Notes under the pieces: model-generated | Databases searched by the model: none | What the model saw: only the letters and a program-made list of their open reading frames with translations | What the model was told of the DNA's origin: nothing | Assembly (NCBI GenBank): GCA_046290465.1 | Contig: JBKAGP010000001.1 | Coordinates: 832,001-896,000 of the forward strand | Origin: Planctomycetota bacterium | GTDB lineage: Bacteria; Planctomycetota; UBA1135; UBA2386 | DNA: 64,000 nt | Direction: 5' to 3' | In this document: piece after piece, positions 47,402 through 56,919 of the stretch | Numbering within the stretch: position 1 is the first letter of the stretch | Layout of the letters: every line of letters starts with the position of its first letter | Translations under genes and position numbers: made by a program

Positions 47402-49011
47402 CAGTTCGCCTCCAATTCGACGGTGAGCACGACGCGCTTGGCGCTGTCGGGGCTGGGACGTTCCTTCATGTCGGACACCAGCCGATCCTTGATCAGCGGA
47501 TCGGTGCGGAAGCTCTCGTAGAAGTTGACGATCTCGCGGCTCGGCTCGACGCCGTTGAGCTCCTTGGCCGCGAGCTCGACGGTCACGACCGGCAGCGCCT
47601 GGGCGCCGGCGCGGCCGCGCTTGTTGCCGACCTCGAACTTCTCGACCCACAGCTGCGGCTGCAGGTGCCGCGTGATCGCGCGCTGCACCCGCAGCACGCC
47701 GTGCAGCGGCAGCGCCCGCTGGCGCAGGTTCTGCACCAGCGCGCGGTCGATCTCGTTCTGCTCGATCAGCGCCGCGGCCTCTTCGTGGGTGCGGTTCTTG
47801 CCCGACACCATCTGCCGCATCTTGGTCTGGTAGCTGTTCTGCGCGGCCGCCGCCTCCTGGTTGTGGTTCACCTGCAGCGCGAACAGCGCCACGATCACCA
47901 CGCCGGCCAGGATGTTGAAGATCGTGCGCTGCTGGAAACGCTGCTTCTTGCGCACCGCCTCGGGCAGGATCTCGAGCGAATAGAGCGTGTCGTCGAGGCG
48001 GCCGACGGCGAGGCCGAGCGCGACCACGGCCTCGTGACGCATCTGCTCGAGCTGCTCGGCGTCGTCCGGCGGCAGCGCGCTCAGGTCGAGGTTGGCGAAC
48101 GGGTCGAACAGCTCGACCGGGCAGCGCAGGTTCTCGCGCAGCAGACCGCGCAGGCCGCGCAGGCGCGCGCCGCCGCCGCAGATCAGCACCTTGTCGAGGC
48201 GCAGGTCGCTGATCTTGGTCTGCGCCTTGCAGAACGACAGCGAACTGTTGATCGCCGCCGGGATCGACGTGGCCGCGCCGGCGGCGGCCATCGTGACCTT
48301 CTCGGCCTGGCCCGACTTGTAGTTGCCGCGACTGGCAGGATCGAGGTCGAGCAGGTCCTTCTTCAGCACCTCGGCCTTGCGCGCCGACACGTTGAAGTTG
48401 TTTGCGATCGCCTCGTCGAGCACCTTGGTGCCGCTGGTCAGGTTGCGCGCGAACAGCAGGTCGGTGCCGCGCACGATCGCCAGGTCGATGGTCTCGTGGC
48501 CGATGTTGACCAGCGCGACCACGGCGTCGGCGTCGACCGGCCCGCACTTCAGGTAGGCGTTGTAGAGCGCCGTGCAGTTGGGCACGAACGCCCCCACCGC
48601 GCCGCCACCGGCCACCACGTCGCCCTGCAGGCGTTCGAGCGCGTCGTCCTTGGCGAGCGCCAGCAGCACCGTGTCACTGCCCGACTCGTCGTCGATCGGC
48701 AGCAGGTTGTAGTCGGCCGAGAGCGCGCCGCCCGACTGTTGCGCCAGGTCCTGGATCTCCAGGTCCATCAGGTTGCGCAGCTGCCAGTCCGGGGTCGGCG
48801 GCACCTGGCTGTAGCGCAGCGTCATGTCGCGGCCGGCGAGGCCGCAGGTACTGTCCTTCAACGGGATGCCGGCTTCGGCCAGCGACATGTTGCCTTCGGC
48901 GCCCGGCAGGCCGGCGAAGCGCAGGACGCTGACGCCGTGCTTGCCGACCTGGGCGACGAGGACCTTGGCGCTGTGGCTGCCGATATCGACGGCGGTTGCT
49001 TTGCTTGCCAT
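47401..49011 (-). CDS. pilM: PilM-PilN fusion (GspL-like architecture)
   Basis: AVDIGSHSAKV, VNIGHETIDLAI and ICGGGARLRGL actin-like motifs; then a PilN-like LEILPE motif, TM and periplasmic domain. Confidence 0.85.
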   Translation of the reverse strand: MASKATAVDIGSHSAKVLVAQVGKHGVSVLRFAGLPGAEGNMSLAEAGIPLKDSTCGLAGRDMTLRYSQVPPTPDWQLRNLMDLEIQDLAQQSGGALSADYNLLPIDDESGSDTVLLALAKDDALERLQGDVVAGGGAVGAFVPNCTALYNAYLKCGPVDADAVVALVNIGHETIDLAIVRGTDLLFARNLTSGTKVLDEAIANNFNVSARKAEVLKKDLLDLDPASRGNYKSGQAEKVTMAAAGAATSIPAAINSSLSFCKAQTKISDLRLDKVLICGGGARLRGLRGLLRENLRCPVELFDPFANLDLSALPPDDAEQLEQMRHEAVVALGLAVGRLDDTLYSLEILPEAVRKKQRFQQRTIFNILAGVVIVALFALQVNHNQEAAAAQNSYQTKMRQMVSGKNRTHEEAAALIEQNEIDRALVQNLRQRALPLHGVLRVQRAITRHLQPQLWVEKFEVGNKRGRAGAQALPVVTVELAAKELNGVEPSREIVNFYESFRTDPLIKDRLVSDMKERPSPDSAKRVVLTVELEAN

Positions 49012-49077
49012 TCTGGTCTGTGGTGGTTGAGCTCTTGGTTGGGCCCGGCGGTTTGGTCCCCCGCCGGGGCTGCGGCG

Positions 49078-51135
49078 TCAGTCCTTGCCTTCGCCCGCCT
49101 CCGACGATCCGTCGCCGTCGTCCGCGGTCTCCGGCAGGTGCTTGCCGATGTAGTCCTGCACCATCTTCTGCAGGCCCGGGTGCGCGGCCGAACCGAACGC
49201 CTTGGCGAGCAGCGTCAGGCGCTCCCGCTGCGACTGGTAGGTGGTCCGGTCGAACGCCCGCAGGCGCTGTTGGGCCTTCTGCTGCAGCTCGCGCTGCGCC
49301 GCCAGGTCCTCGATGTTGGCCTCGCCGTACAGCTCGACCAGCTGGTCGACTCCCTCGGCCACCCGCTCGTAACCGCCGCGGGTGTCGAAGAAGCCGGCCT
49401 CCTCGAAGTCCTTCTGCAGCTGCCGCGCGGCGGTGGCCTGCTCGGCCAGGATCGCGGTGCGCAGCTGCTGGGCGTTGCCGAGCTCTTCGGAGTCCATCGG
49501 CCAGGTCGCGAACACCTCGGCGATCGTCGCCAGCGCCTCGCCGGGACGGCCCTCCCGGTGCGCCTGGCGCGCGTCGCGCACGAGGTTGCCGGCCTGCAGC
49601 CGCTCGCTGCGGAAGCCGACCAGCAGCCTGGCCTTGGCGGTCTCGACGCAGAGGCCGTAGACGCCGCCGCCGACCACGCCGCGCACCGGCGTCGCGGCCT
49701 CGAACTGCAGCATGCCGCGGGTGCCGAAGCTGCCGAACAGCACGCTCTGCGCCGAGAACTCCGAGGCTGCCGCGGTCGATGCCCAGCGGCCGTCCTCGCC
49801 GGCGGCCATCACGCCGCTGCCCGAGTCGGCCGGCAGCACGAACTTGAGCGCGCCGACGCCGCTCGCTTCGAGCTGGAAGCCGCCCTCGTCCTGGCTGCAG
49901 GCGAGCGTCCCGCCGACGTCGGACAGCACGCACTGGCCGGCCTCGTGCAGCTTCTTCAGCGCCGCCGGCACCTGGTCGGGCACCACCGCCAGCACCGTCG
50001 CCGGATGCTGCGGATCGGCCGAACGCACCGCCAGCGCCGTGCCGAAGCCGAGCGCGGTCTCCCCCGATCCGAGCTTGTGCTCGACGACGTTCTTGTCGCC
50101 GCCCTCGGTGATCGCGACGTCGTCGACGTTGGCCTCGGCGCCGTCGCTCGGCAGCACCGCGACGACCTCGACCTGCAGGCGATCGCAGCCGGGCGGCACC
50201 GTGACGACCGCCTCGACGCGCTCCCAGCCGTCGCGAACGGCGATCTCGGAGCCGCTGACGAAGCGGAACGGCAACTCGTCGTTGTCGGCGAACGCGACCG
50301 CGCGCACGCCGATCTGCGCGTCCTCGAGCGTGCGGCAGTGGGCGGCGACGGTCAGCGTGCGGCCGGCGAACACCTGCACCGGCTCGCCGAGCTGCAGGAT
50401 CGCGAAGTCGTCGTCGGACTTCGGCGCGGTGGTCTTGCCGCCGGCAGCCTCGCCATCGCCGGCCCCGCCGTCGCCGGCCCCGTCGTCGTTGCCGCGGTAG
50501 GCGGCGAAGCCGTTGCCGCCGGTGTGGGCGTCGCCGCTGGCACGGAAGCCGAGGCCGCCGGCCTTCAGGTTCCAGCCCTCGTCGGTCTCGCAGTCGGCCA
50601 GTGCCTGGTCGAGCCGGTTGCCGGGCACCGACAGCGGGTCGCGGCGCTTCTGCGCGGTCGCGCCGCCGGTCGCCTGCTGCTGCTCCTGCTGCATCCACCA
50701 CCAGTAGCCGCCGCCGCCGCCGAGCACGACCAGCAGGATCAGCAGCAGACCGATCGGGCTGCCGCGCTTCTGCAGGCGCGCCGCGTCGAGCTTGCGCAGC
50801 GAGAACTCCTCGCCGTCGCCGTCCGCCGCCGCCGCCTCGTCGCCCTCGCTGCGGAACTTGACGCGCAGCCGGCCGACGGTGACGACGTCACCAGGGGTCA
50901 GCACCATCTCGGTGACGCGCTTGCCGTCGAGGAACGTGCCGTTGGTGGAGCCGAGGTCCTTCAGCACGAGTCGGTCGCCTTCCGGCGCGATCTCGCAGTG
51001 GACGCCCGACGTCTTCTCATCGGCGAGGACGAGGTCGTTGCCCGGTTTGCGGCCGATGCGCAGCACGGCATCGCCCACGGGCAGAACTTCGCCAGCGCGA
51101 TCCCCATCGAGGATCTCGAGGACGTAGTTGGCCAT
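49078..51135 (-). CDS. FHA-domain membrane protein with a periplasmic carbohydrate-binding-like domain
   Basis: IGRKPGNDLVL...SGVHC...DLGSTNGTFLDG (FHA); TM IGLLLILLVVLG; DGWERVEAVVTVPP...VDDVAI (CBM-like). Confidence 0.85.
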   Translation of the reverse strand: MANYVLEILDGDRAGEVLPVGDAVLRIGRKPGNDLVLADEKTSGVHCEIAPEGDRLVLKDLGSTNGTFLDGKRVTEMVLTPGDVVTVGRLRVKFRSEGDEAAAADGDGEEFSLRKLDAARLQKRGSPIGLLLILLVVLGGGGGYWWWMQQEQQQATGGATAQKRRDPLSVPGNRLDQALADCETDEGWNLKAGGLGFRASGDAHTGGNGFAAYRGNDDGAGDGGAGDGEAAGGKTTAPKSDDDFAILQLGEPVQVFAGRTLTVAAHCRTLEDAQIGVRAVAFADNDELPFRFVSGSEIAVRDGWERVEAVVTVPPGCDRLQVEVVAVLPSDGAEANVDDVAITEGGDKNVVEHKLGSGETALGFGTALAVRSADPQHPATVLAVVPDQVPAALKKLHEAGQCVLSDVGGTLACSQDEGGFQLEASGVGALKFVLPADSGSGVMAAGEDGRWASTAAASEFSAQSVLFGSFGTRGMLQFEAATPVRGVVGGGVYGLCVETAKARLLVGFRSERLQAGNLVRDARQAHREGRPGEALATIAEVFATWPMDSEELGNAQQLRTAILAEQATAARQLQKDFEEAGFFDTRGGYERVAEGVDQLVELYGEANIEDLAAQRELQQKAQQRLRAFDRTTYQSQRERLTLLAKAFGSAAHPGLQKMVQDYIGKHLPETADDGDGSSEAGEGKD

Positions 51136-51359
51136 ATGGATAGTGGTGAGGGGTCGTTGCGACGCCGTGAGGCGCCGTGACCGGCGGGGCGACCGGTGAA
51201 GGCTCGTCTCCGCCGGACGCGAAGGGAACCGTCTTGCATGCCCAGGGGGAGAGCGGGCGATACAGGACCATCACAAACTACCCGGTCCCGCCGGCACCGC
51301 AAGGTACTGTCGTGCGGACCAGCCGTTACAACGGACCGAACTTCCCGCGCGCACGTCGG

Positions 51360-52049
51360 ATGGCCAACCTCTACCACGTTCCAGGACTGCCCGATGCGGG
51401 CGAGGCGACGATCACCGGCGACGTCGCCCACCACCTGCTGCGCGTGCTGCGCATGCGCGAAGGCGACCGGATCGTGCTCGGCGACGGCCGCGGCCGGACC
51501 GCGCGGGCCACGATCCGGCAGGCCGGCAAGCGCGAGCTGGTCGCCGCGGTCGAACCCGCCATCGTGCACCGGCCCGTGCGCCCAGGGGTCACCGTGGCGT
51601 TCGCGTGCCCGAGGCCGGCGCGCACGGACTGGCTGATCGAGCACGGCACCGAGATCGGGGTGGCCCGCTTCCAGCCGCTGTGGACGACGCGCAGCCGGCC
51701 GCAGGCGCTGCGCGCCGACCGCTGGCGCAAGATCGCCGCGGCGGCCGCCGGCCAGTGCGCGCGGCCGTTCCTGCCCGAGGTGCGGGAGCCGCTGGAGCTC
51801 GCCGCGTTCCTGGCGACGGAGCTACCGTCGTGCCGGCTGCTCGCCGACGCGGCTGGCGACGTGCTCGACGGCGCGGGCGAAGCCGACGCAGCGGTGCTGC
51901 TGGTCGGGCCCGAAGGTGGCTTCGGCGAGCAGGAGCGCGCCGATGCGCTCGGGCACGGCTTCTCGGCCGTGCGGTTCGGCCCGCACATCCTGCGGACCGA
52001 GACCGCCGCGCTGCTCGGCGCGGCGGTGCTGCTGCGGGCCGCGACCTAG
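51360..52049 (+). CDS. rsmE: 16S rRNA m3U1498 methyltransferase
   Basis: HHLLRVLRMREGD, AAAGQCAR, LVGPEGGF, GPHILRTETAA. Confidence 0.93.
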   Translation: MANLYHVPGLPDAGEATITGDVAHHLLRVLRMREGDRIVLGDGRGRTARATIRQAGKRELVAAVEPAIVHRPVRPGVTVAFACPRPARTDWLIEHGTEIGVARFQPLWTTRSRPQALRADRWRKIAAAAAGQCARPFLPEVREPLELAAFLATELPSCRLLADAAGDVLDGAGEADAAVLLVGPEGGFGEQERADALGHGFSAVRFGPHILRTETAALLGAAVLLRAAT

Positions 52050-52095
52050 CGCGGCCCCGAGGCCGTGCCGGATCGAGGCGCCGTGCGGTGGCCGG

Positions 52096-54174
52096 CTAGT
52101 TGCCGACCGTGACGCGCACGCCGTTCGACGTGATCACGCCCAGCTGGTTGGCCGGCACGTCGACGCACACCCACTGGTGGAACGCCGCGAGGCCGGCGAG
52201 CGCCGGGTTGTTCGGGATCACGATGCCGTAGCTGGCCGTGCCGATCGCCGTCGTCGGCACGCCGTTGAGCGCGTCGGGCGAGACCAGGATGTCGCAGCCC
52301 GGCGCGTTCGGCAGCGGAGCCGGCAGCGCGACGCCACCGCCCGTCTGGTCGGAGTAGCCCGAGACCAGCACCGCGAGGCTCGACGGAGCCGCGTCGGTCA
52401 GCTCGACGTTGTAGGTCGTGCCGAGGATCGGCAGCGCGTCGGCGCTCGCCGACGGCGTCAGGTTGAGCGGCTGGTTGGTGCAGTCGACGGTCCACGACGG
52501 ACGCATGATCTGGAAGCTCCACGGGCCGTTGCCGGTGCGCGCGTAGCCCAGGTTGACGTTGCCGGCCGACAGGTCGCTGAGGTAGGTCGTCTGCGGCGTG
52601 TTGTCGATGCCGATGTAGAAGTTCGCCGGCACCTGGATCGGCGGGTCGAACGTCGCCGTGTAGAAGCCCGGCGTCGCGCCGATCGTCATCGTCGTGGTCG
52701 CCAGCGGCGTCGGACCCGGGACGTTGCCCTGCACGCCGTAGATGCGCGCCGGCACCGTGACCTGACCGCCGGTCGAGGCGGTGAAGATCTGGAACTGGGT
52801 CAGCGTCGTCGCGGTCGACTGGCCGACGCGGTAGACGTACTCGTCGGTCGACGTGACCTGCGCCAGCGGGCCGCCGGCCGAGTTGAACGACGCACAGGTC
52901 GGCACCGCGATCTGCGTCGAGCCGACGCAGCCCGCGCCGAACGTGCCGTTCGAGGCGATCGTCGTGCCGCCGGGGACCTCGGTCTGGACCTGCACCGTCA
53001 TGGCGCCGGCACCCGGGCGGGCCTGCGTCAGCTCACAGAGCGACGTGCCCGGCGCGATGTCGGCGTCGAAGCCGAAGTTGTAGATCGTGTTCCACTCGAG
53101 CGCGTTCTGGCCGACCGGGGCGCTGAACACGATGCGGTTGTTGACGCGCGCGGCGGACCAGTCGTTGCTGGCGTCGTCGTCGAGGTCGCCGAACGTGAAG
53201 TTCGTCGCCGTCGCGGCCGCGTCGATCGGGACCTCGAAGGTCGCGCCGGCGCGGCTGTTGTCGACGTTGTGCACCGCGTACTCGTAGTGGTACTGGCCAC
53301 CGCCGAGCGGCGTGACCTTGACCGCGACGTAGAAGCGGCCGTCGTCGCTGCCGTTCGAGCCCGACTCGATCGACGCGCCCTGCCAGCGGCTCAGCACCGT
53401 GCCGAGCTGCATCGACGTGTTCGACTGGAAGAACCAGGTGCCGCCCGACTGGTTGGGCGTGAAGCCGCGGTGCGCGAGGTTGTCGCCGCGGTTGGCGACG
53501 TCCTCACCTTCGAGCACGAGGTGCAGCGCGTAGTAGTACTCGGCGCCGGCCACGAGCATGTCCTGCTCCTTGACCGTGCAGCGGTTGTCGACGCTGTCGA
53601 AGATGTTGGTCGCCAGGCTGAAGTTGCCGTCGGCCGGAGCCGGGTAGCCGGCCTGGTTCGGGTCGCCGATGTCGAAGTAGCTGCCGACCGGGTCCCACTC
53701 GCCCAGCCACGGGTTGATCTCCTCCGGCGGACCGAGGTCCGAGCGGTCGGCGTTGTTGCCGGCGCCGTAGGCGTCACCGCAGCCGAGGCCCATCTGGTTC
53801 CCCGGCGTGCTGGTGTTGCAGTTCGAGTTGCAGCCGGCGACCGTGTAGTTGACCGACAGCCACGCGTGCTTGCAGAACGACCACTCGTTGATCTGCTCGA
53901 TCTTGTCGTCGTGCACGCGCACGATCTGGAACCCGAAGAACGGGTGGTTCGGGTTCATCGCCGCGAACCACGGGATGTTCACGGTGCCCGGGTTGCACAT
54001 CTCGTTCATGAACGACATGCCGACCTCCCCGTTGTTGGTCGGACCGCGGCGACCCCAGTAGGTCAGGTTGCCGATGTCGATGACGGCCCCGTCGAGGCCG
54101 GGGACGATGTTCTGTTGGGCGGCGACGCCAGCCGCCAGCAGCATGGTGGCCGCGTAGGCAGAGATGCGATGCAT
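52096..54174 (-). CDS. Secreted multidomain protein, paralog A
   Basis: Signal peptide ending VAAQ; Cys-rich N-domain; C-terminal ...IPNNPALAG...HQW..D..ANQLG..TSNG domain. Confidence 0.85.
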   Translation of the reverse strand: MHRISAYAATMLLAAGVAAQQNIVPGLDGAVIDIGNLTYWGRRGPTNNGEVGMSFMNEMCNPGTVNIPWFAAMNPNHPFFGFQIVRVHDDKIEQINEWSFCKHAWLSVNYTVAGCNSNCNTSTPGNQMGLGCGDAYGAGNNADRSDLGPPEEINPWLGEWDPVGSYFDIGDPNQAGYPAPADGNFSLATNIFDSVDNRCTVKEQDMLVAGAEYYYALHLVLEGEDVANRGDNLAHRGFTPNQSGGTWFFQSNTSMQLGTVLSRWQGASIESGSNGSDDGRFYVAVKVTPLGGGQYHYEYAVHNVDNSRAGATFEVPIDAAATATNFTFGDLDDDASNDWSAARVNNRIVFSAPVGQNALEWNTIYNFGFDADIAPGTSLCELTQARPGAGAMTVQVQTEVPGGTTIASNGTFGAGCVGSTQIAVPTCASFNSAGGPLAQVTSTDEYVYRVGQSTATTLTQFQIFTASTGGQVTVPARIYGVQGNVPGPTPLATTTMTIGATPGFYTATFDPPIQVPANFYIGIDNTPQTTYLSDLSAGNVNLGYARTGNGPWSFQIMRPSWTVDCTNQPLNLTPSASADALPILGTTYNVELTDAAPSSLAVLVSGYSDQTGGGVALPAPLPNAPGCDILVSPDALNGVPTTAIGTASYGIVIPNNPALAGLAAFHQWVCVDVPANQLGVITSNGVRVTVGN
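53042..54100. repeat. ~1.06-kb near-identical duplicated segment, copy A
   Basis: Matches 55388-56446 at a constant offset of 2346 bp. Confidence 0.95.
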
Positions 54175-54435
54175 CGGGGGGATCTCCAGAGGTGGGGTCA
54201 GGGGCAGAGACGCGAGAGCGGGTTCGCTCCAGCGAGTCGAGCGTAGCGCGCCGCCGGCCGCAGCACCAAGCCCCTCGCCCCCCTCCTTTCAAAGGACTTG
54301 CGCCGACCTGTCGGGCAGGCTTCCGCTCCATGGCACCGGCACGAAGCACACGCGCCCCGCCGCACGTTGGTGCGACGGGGCGCGCTGCGGCCGAGCGACC
54401 CGGCATGGCCGGACGCTTTGCGGACCGACCGGCGA

Positions 54436-56523
54436 TCAGTTGCCGATGGTGGCGATGCCGGCGTTCGACATCACGATCTTCAGGTTGTTGACCGTCGGGT
54501 CCCAGATGCCCCACTGGTGGAACACCGCGAGGCCGGTCAGCGCCGAGTTGTTCGGCACGACCATCGGCGACTGGGCGTTGCCCTGCGCGTCGGTGATCGC
54601 CAGCTCGAGCGACTCGGCGGCAACCAGCAGGTCACAGCCCGGCGCGTTCGGCAGGGGCAGCGGCAGCGGCAGACCGTTGTAGGCCTGGTCGGAAAGACCC
54701 GAGACCAGCACCGCAAACGTGTTCTCCAGCGCGTCGCTGACCGACGGGTTGTAGGTCGTGCCGAGCTGCGGCAGGCCGTTCACCGACATCGCCGGCGTCA
54801 GGTTGACCGAACCGGTGTTGCAGTTGACGCGCCAGGACGGCCGCTGGACCAGGCCCGACTGGTTCCAGGTCGTGCTCGATGTGCGGTAGAAGCCGACGCC
54901 GCCCGCACCCGCGGTCAGGTTGGAGATCACGCCGCTCGGCGAGTTCTCGTAGCCGATGTAGAACGTGCCGCTGACCGCGACCGGGGTCGCGAACGTCGCC
55001 GTGTAGAAGCCGGGCTGGGTGCCGACCGTGATCGTCGTCGACGCGAGCGGCGTCGCCGACGGGCCCCCGCCGACGTCGGCGTAGATGTGCGCCGGACGCG
55101 TCAGCGTGCCGTTGTTCGACTGCGTGTAGATGTCGAACGAGCTGACGTCGAATGCGGCACCGTTGGTGACGCGGAACGTGTACTCGTACTGGTTGGTGCT
55201 GCCCGACAGCGTGCCGCCCGAGCCGTTGAGCTCTTCCTGGCAGGTCACGACCGGCTCGGTCGCCGAGCCGGCGCAGCCAGCGCCGAACGTGCCGAACGTC
55301 GCGATCGTCGAGCCACCCGGCACCTGCGTCTGGACCTGCACCTCGTTGGCGCCGGCACCCGGACGGGCCTGCACCAGATCGGCGAACGACGTGCCCGGCG
55401 CGATGTCGGCGTCGAAGCCGAAGTTGTAGATGGTGTTCCACTCGAGCGCGTTCTGGCCGGCCGGCGCGCTGAACACGATGGTGTCGTTGACGCGCGCGGC
55501 GCTCCAGTCGTTGCTGGCGTCGTCGTCGAGGTCGCCGAACGTGAAGTTCGTCGCCGTCGCGGCCGGATCGATCGGGACCTCGAAGGTCGCGCCACCGCGG
55601 CTGTTGTCGACGTTGTGCACGGCGTACTCGTAGTGGTACTGGCCACCGCCCAGCGGCGTGACCTTGACCGCGACGTAGAAGCGGCCGTCGTCGTTGCCGT
55701 TCGAGCCCGACTCGATCGACGCGCCCTGCCAGCGGCTCAGCACCGTGCCGAGCTGCATCGAGGTGTTCGACTGGAAGAACCAGGTGCCGCCCGACTGGCC
55801 CGGCGTGAAGCCGCGGTGCGCGAGGTTGTCGCCGCGGTTGGCGACGTCCTCACCTTCGAGCACGAGGTGCAGCGCGTAGTAGTACTCGGCGCCGGCCACG
55901 AGCATGTCCTGCTCCTTGACCGTGCAGCGGTTGTCGACGCTGTCGAAGATGTTGGTCGCCAGGCTGAAGTTGCCGTCGGCCAGCGCCGGGTAGCCGGCCT
56001 GGTTCGGGTCGCCGATGTCGAAGTAGCTGCCGACCGGGTCCCACTCGCCGAGCCACGGGTTGATCTCCTCCGGCGGACCGAGGTCCGAGCGGTCGGCGTT
56101 GTTGCCGGCGCCGTAGGCGTCACCGCAGCCGAGGCCCATCTGGTTGCCCGGCGTGCTGGTGTTGCAGTTCGAGTTGCAGCCGGCGACCGTGTAGTTGACC
56201 GACAGCCACGCGTGCTTGCAGAACGACCACTCGTTGATCTGCTCGATCTTGTCGTCGTGCACGCGCACGATCTGGAACCCGAAGAACGGGTGGTTCGGGT
56301 TCATCGCCGCATACCACGGGATGTTGACCGTGCCCGGGTTGCACATCTCGTTGCGGAACGACATGCCGACCTCGCCGTTGTTGGTCGGGCCGCGGCGACC
56401 CCAGTAGGTCAGGTTGCCGATGTCGATGACGGCCCCGTCGAGGCCGCTGACCACGTTGCTCTGGGCCAACACGCCCGAAGCTGCGAGGGAACAAACGAGG
56501 AGGGATCGCGCGATGCGTTGCAT
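54436..56523 (-). CDS. Secreted multidomain protein, paralog B
   Basis: MQRIARSLLVCSLAASGVLAQ signal peptide; same architecture as 52096-54174. Confidence 0.85.
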   Translation of the reverse strand: MQRIARSLLVCSLAASGVLAQSNVVSGLDGAVIDIGNLTYWGRRGPTNNGEVGMSFRNEMCNPGTVNIPWYAAMNPNHPFFGFQIVRVHDDKIEQINEWSFCKHAWLSVNYTVAGCNSNCNTSTPGNQMGLGCGDAYGAGNNADRSDLGPPEEINPWLGEWDPVGSYFDIGDPNQAGYPALADGNFSLATNIFDSVDNRCTVKEQDMLVAGAEYYYALHLVLEGEDVANRGDNLAHRGFTPGQSGGTWFFQSNTSMQLGTVLSRWQGASIESGSNGNDDGRFYVAVKVTPLGGGQYHYEYAVHNVDNSRGGATFEVPIDPAATATNFTFGDLDDDASNDWSAARVNDTIVFSAPAGQNALEWNTIYNFGFDADIAPGTSFADLVQARPGAGANEVQVQTQVPGGSTIATFGTFGAGCAGSATEPVVTCQEELNGSGGTLSGSTNQYEYTFRVTNGAAFDVSSFDIYTQSNNGTLTRPAHIYADVGGGPSATPLASTTITVGTQPGFYTATFATPVAVSGTFYIGYENSPSGVISNLTAGAGGVGFYRTSSTTWNQSGLVQRPSWRVNCNTGSVNLTPAMSVNGLPQLGTTYNPSVSDALENTFAVLVSGLSDQAYNGLPLPLPLPNAPGCDLLVAAESLELAITDAQGNAQSPMVVPNNSALTGLAVFHQWGIWDPTVNNLKIVMSNAGIATIGN
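55388..56446. repeat. ~1.06-kb near-identical duplicated segment, copy B
   Basis: Matches 53042-54100. Confidence 0.95.
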
Positions 56524-56919
56524 GATCTGGAGAGGATTTCGGGAACAGGTCTGGGTAGGGGTTCGCGGCACGCCGGGCTCACCTCGTCTCCCGCCGGGCG
56601 CGGTGCCCGTGCGGGCACGCGAGTAGGGCGGCACGGCGCGACGCCGGCACGCCCGCCGACGGCGGGGAATGCGCTTGCATGAGGTGGAGAGAGGCCCGGT
56701 GCGACCGGGCGGTTGAGGCGAGGCAGGGTGGGTGCGGCTGCACCCGGCAGATCGAAGCGGCGGGCCGATAGGGCCGTCGGGGCAGGACGGCGATGGAGAT
56801 CGCAGAAGACTACCACGACCGCCCGCACGGTTACACGATGCAGACGCCGACGATCACCGCAGATCCCCTCGGGCTGCGGCCTTGCGCCGGAGCGCCACGC
56901 CCCCGATCGTGCACCGCGC

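Noticed and set aside
51223..51240. Possible sigma54 promoters GGGAACCGTCTTGCA (~51224) and GGGAATGCGCTTGCA (~56665)
   Set aside because: The GG-N10-GC spacing fits, but the -24 element lacks GGCAC; too weak in GC-rich DNA.
53042..56446. Duplicated segment as a diversity-generating retroelement TR/VR pair
   Set aside because: There is no reverse transcriptase in the window, both copies are coding and ~1 kb long, and the differences are not confined to adenines.
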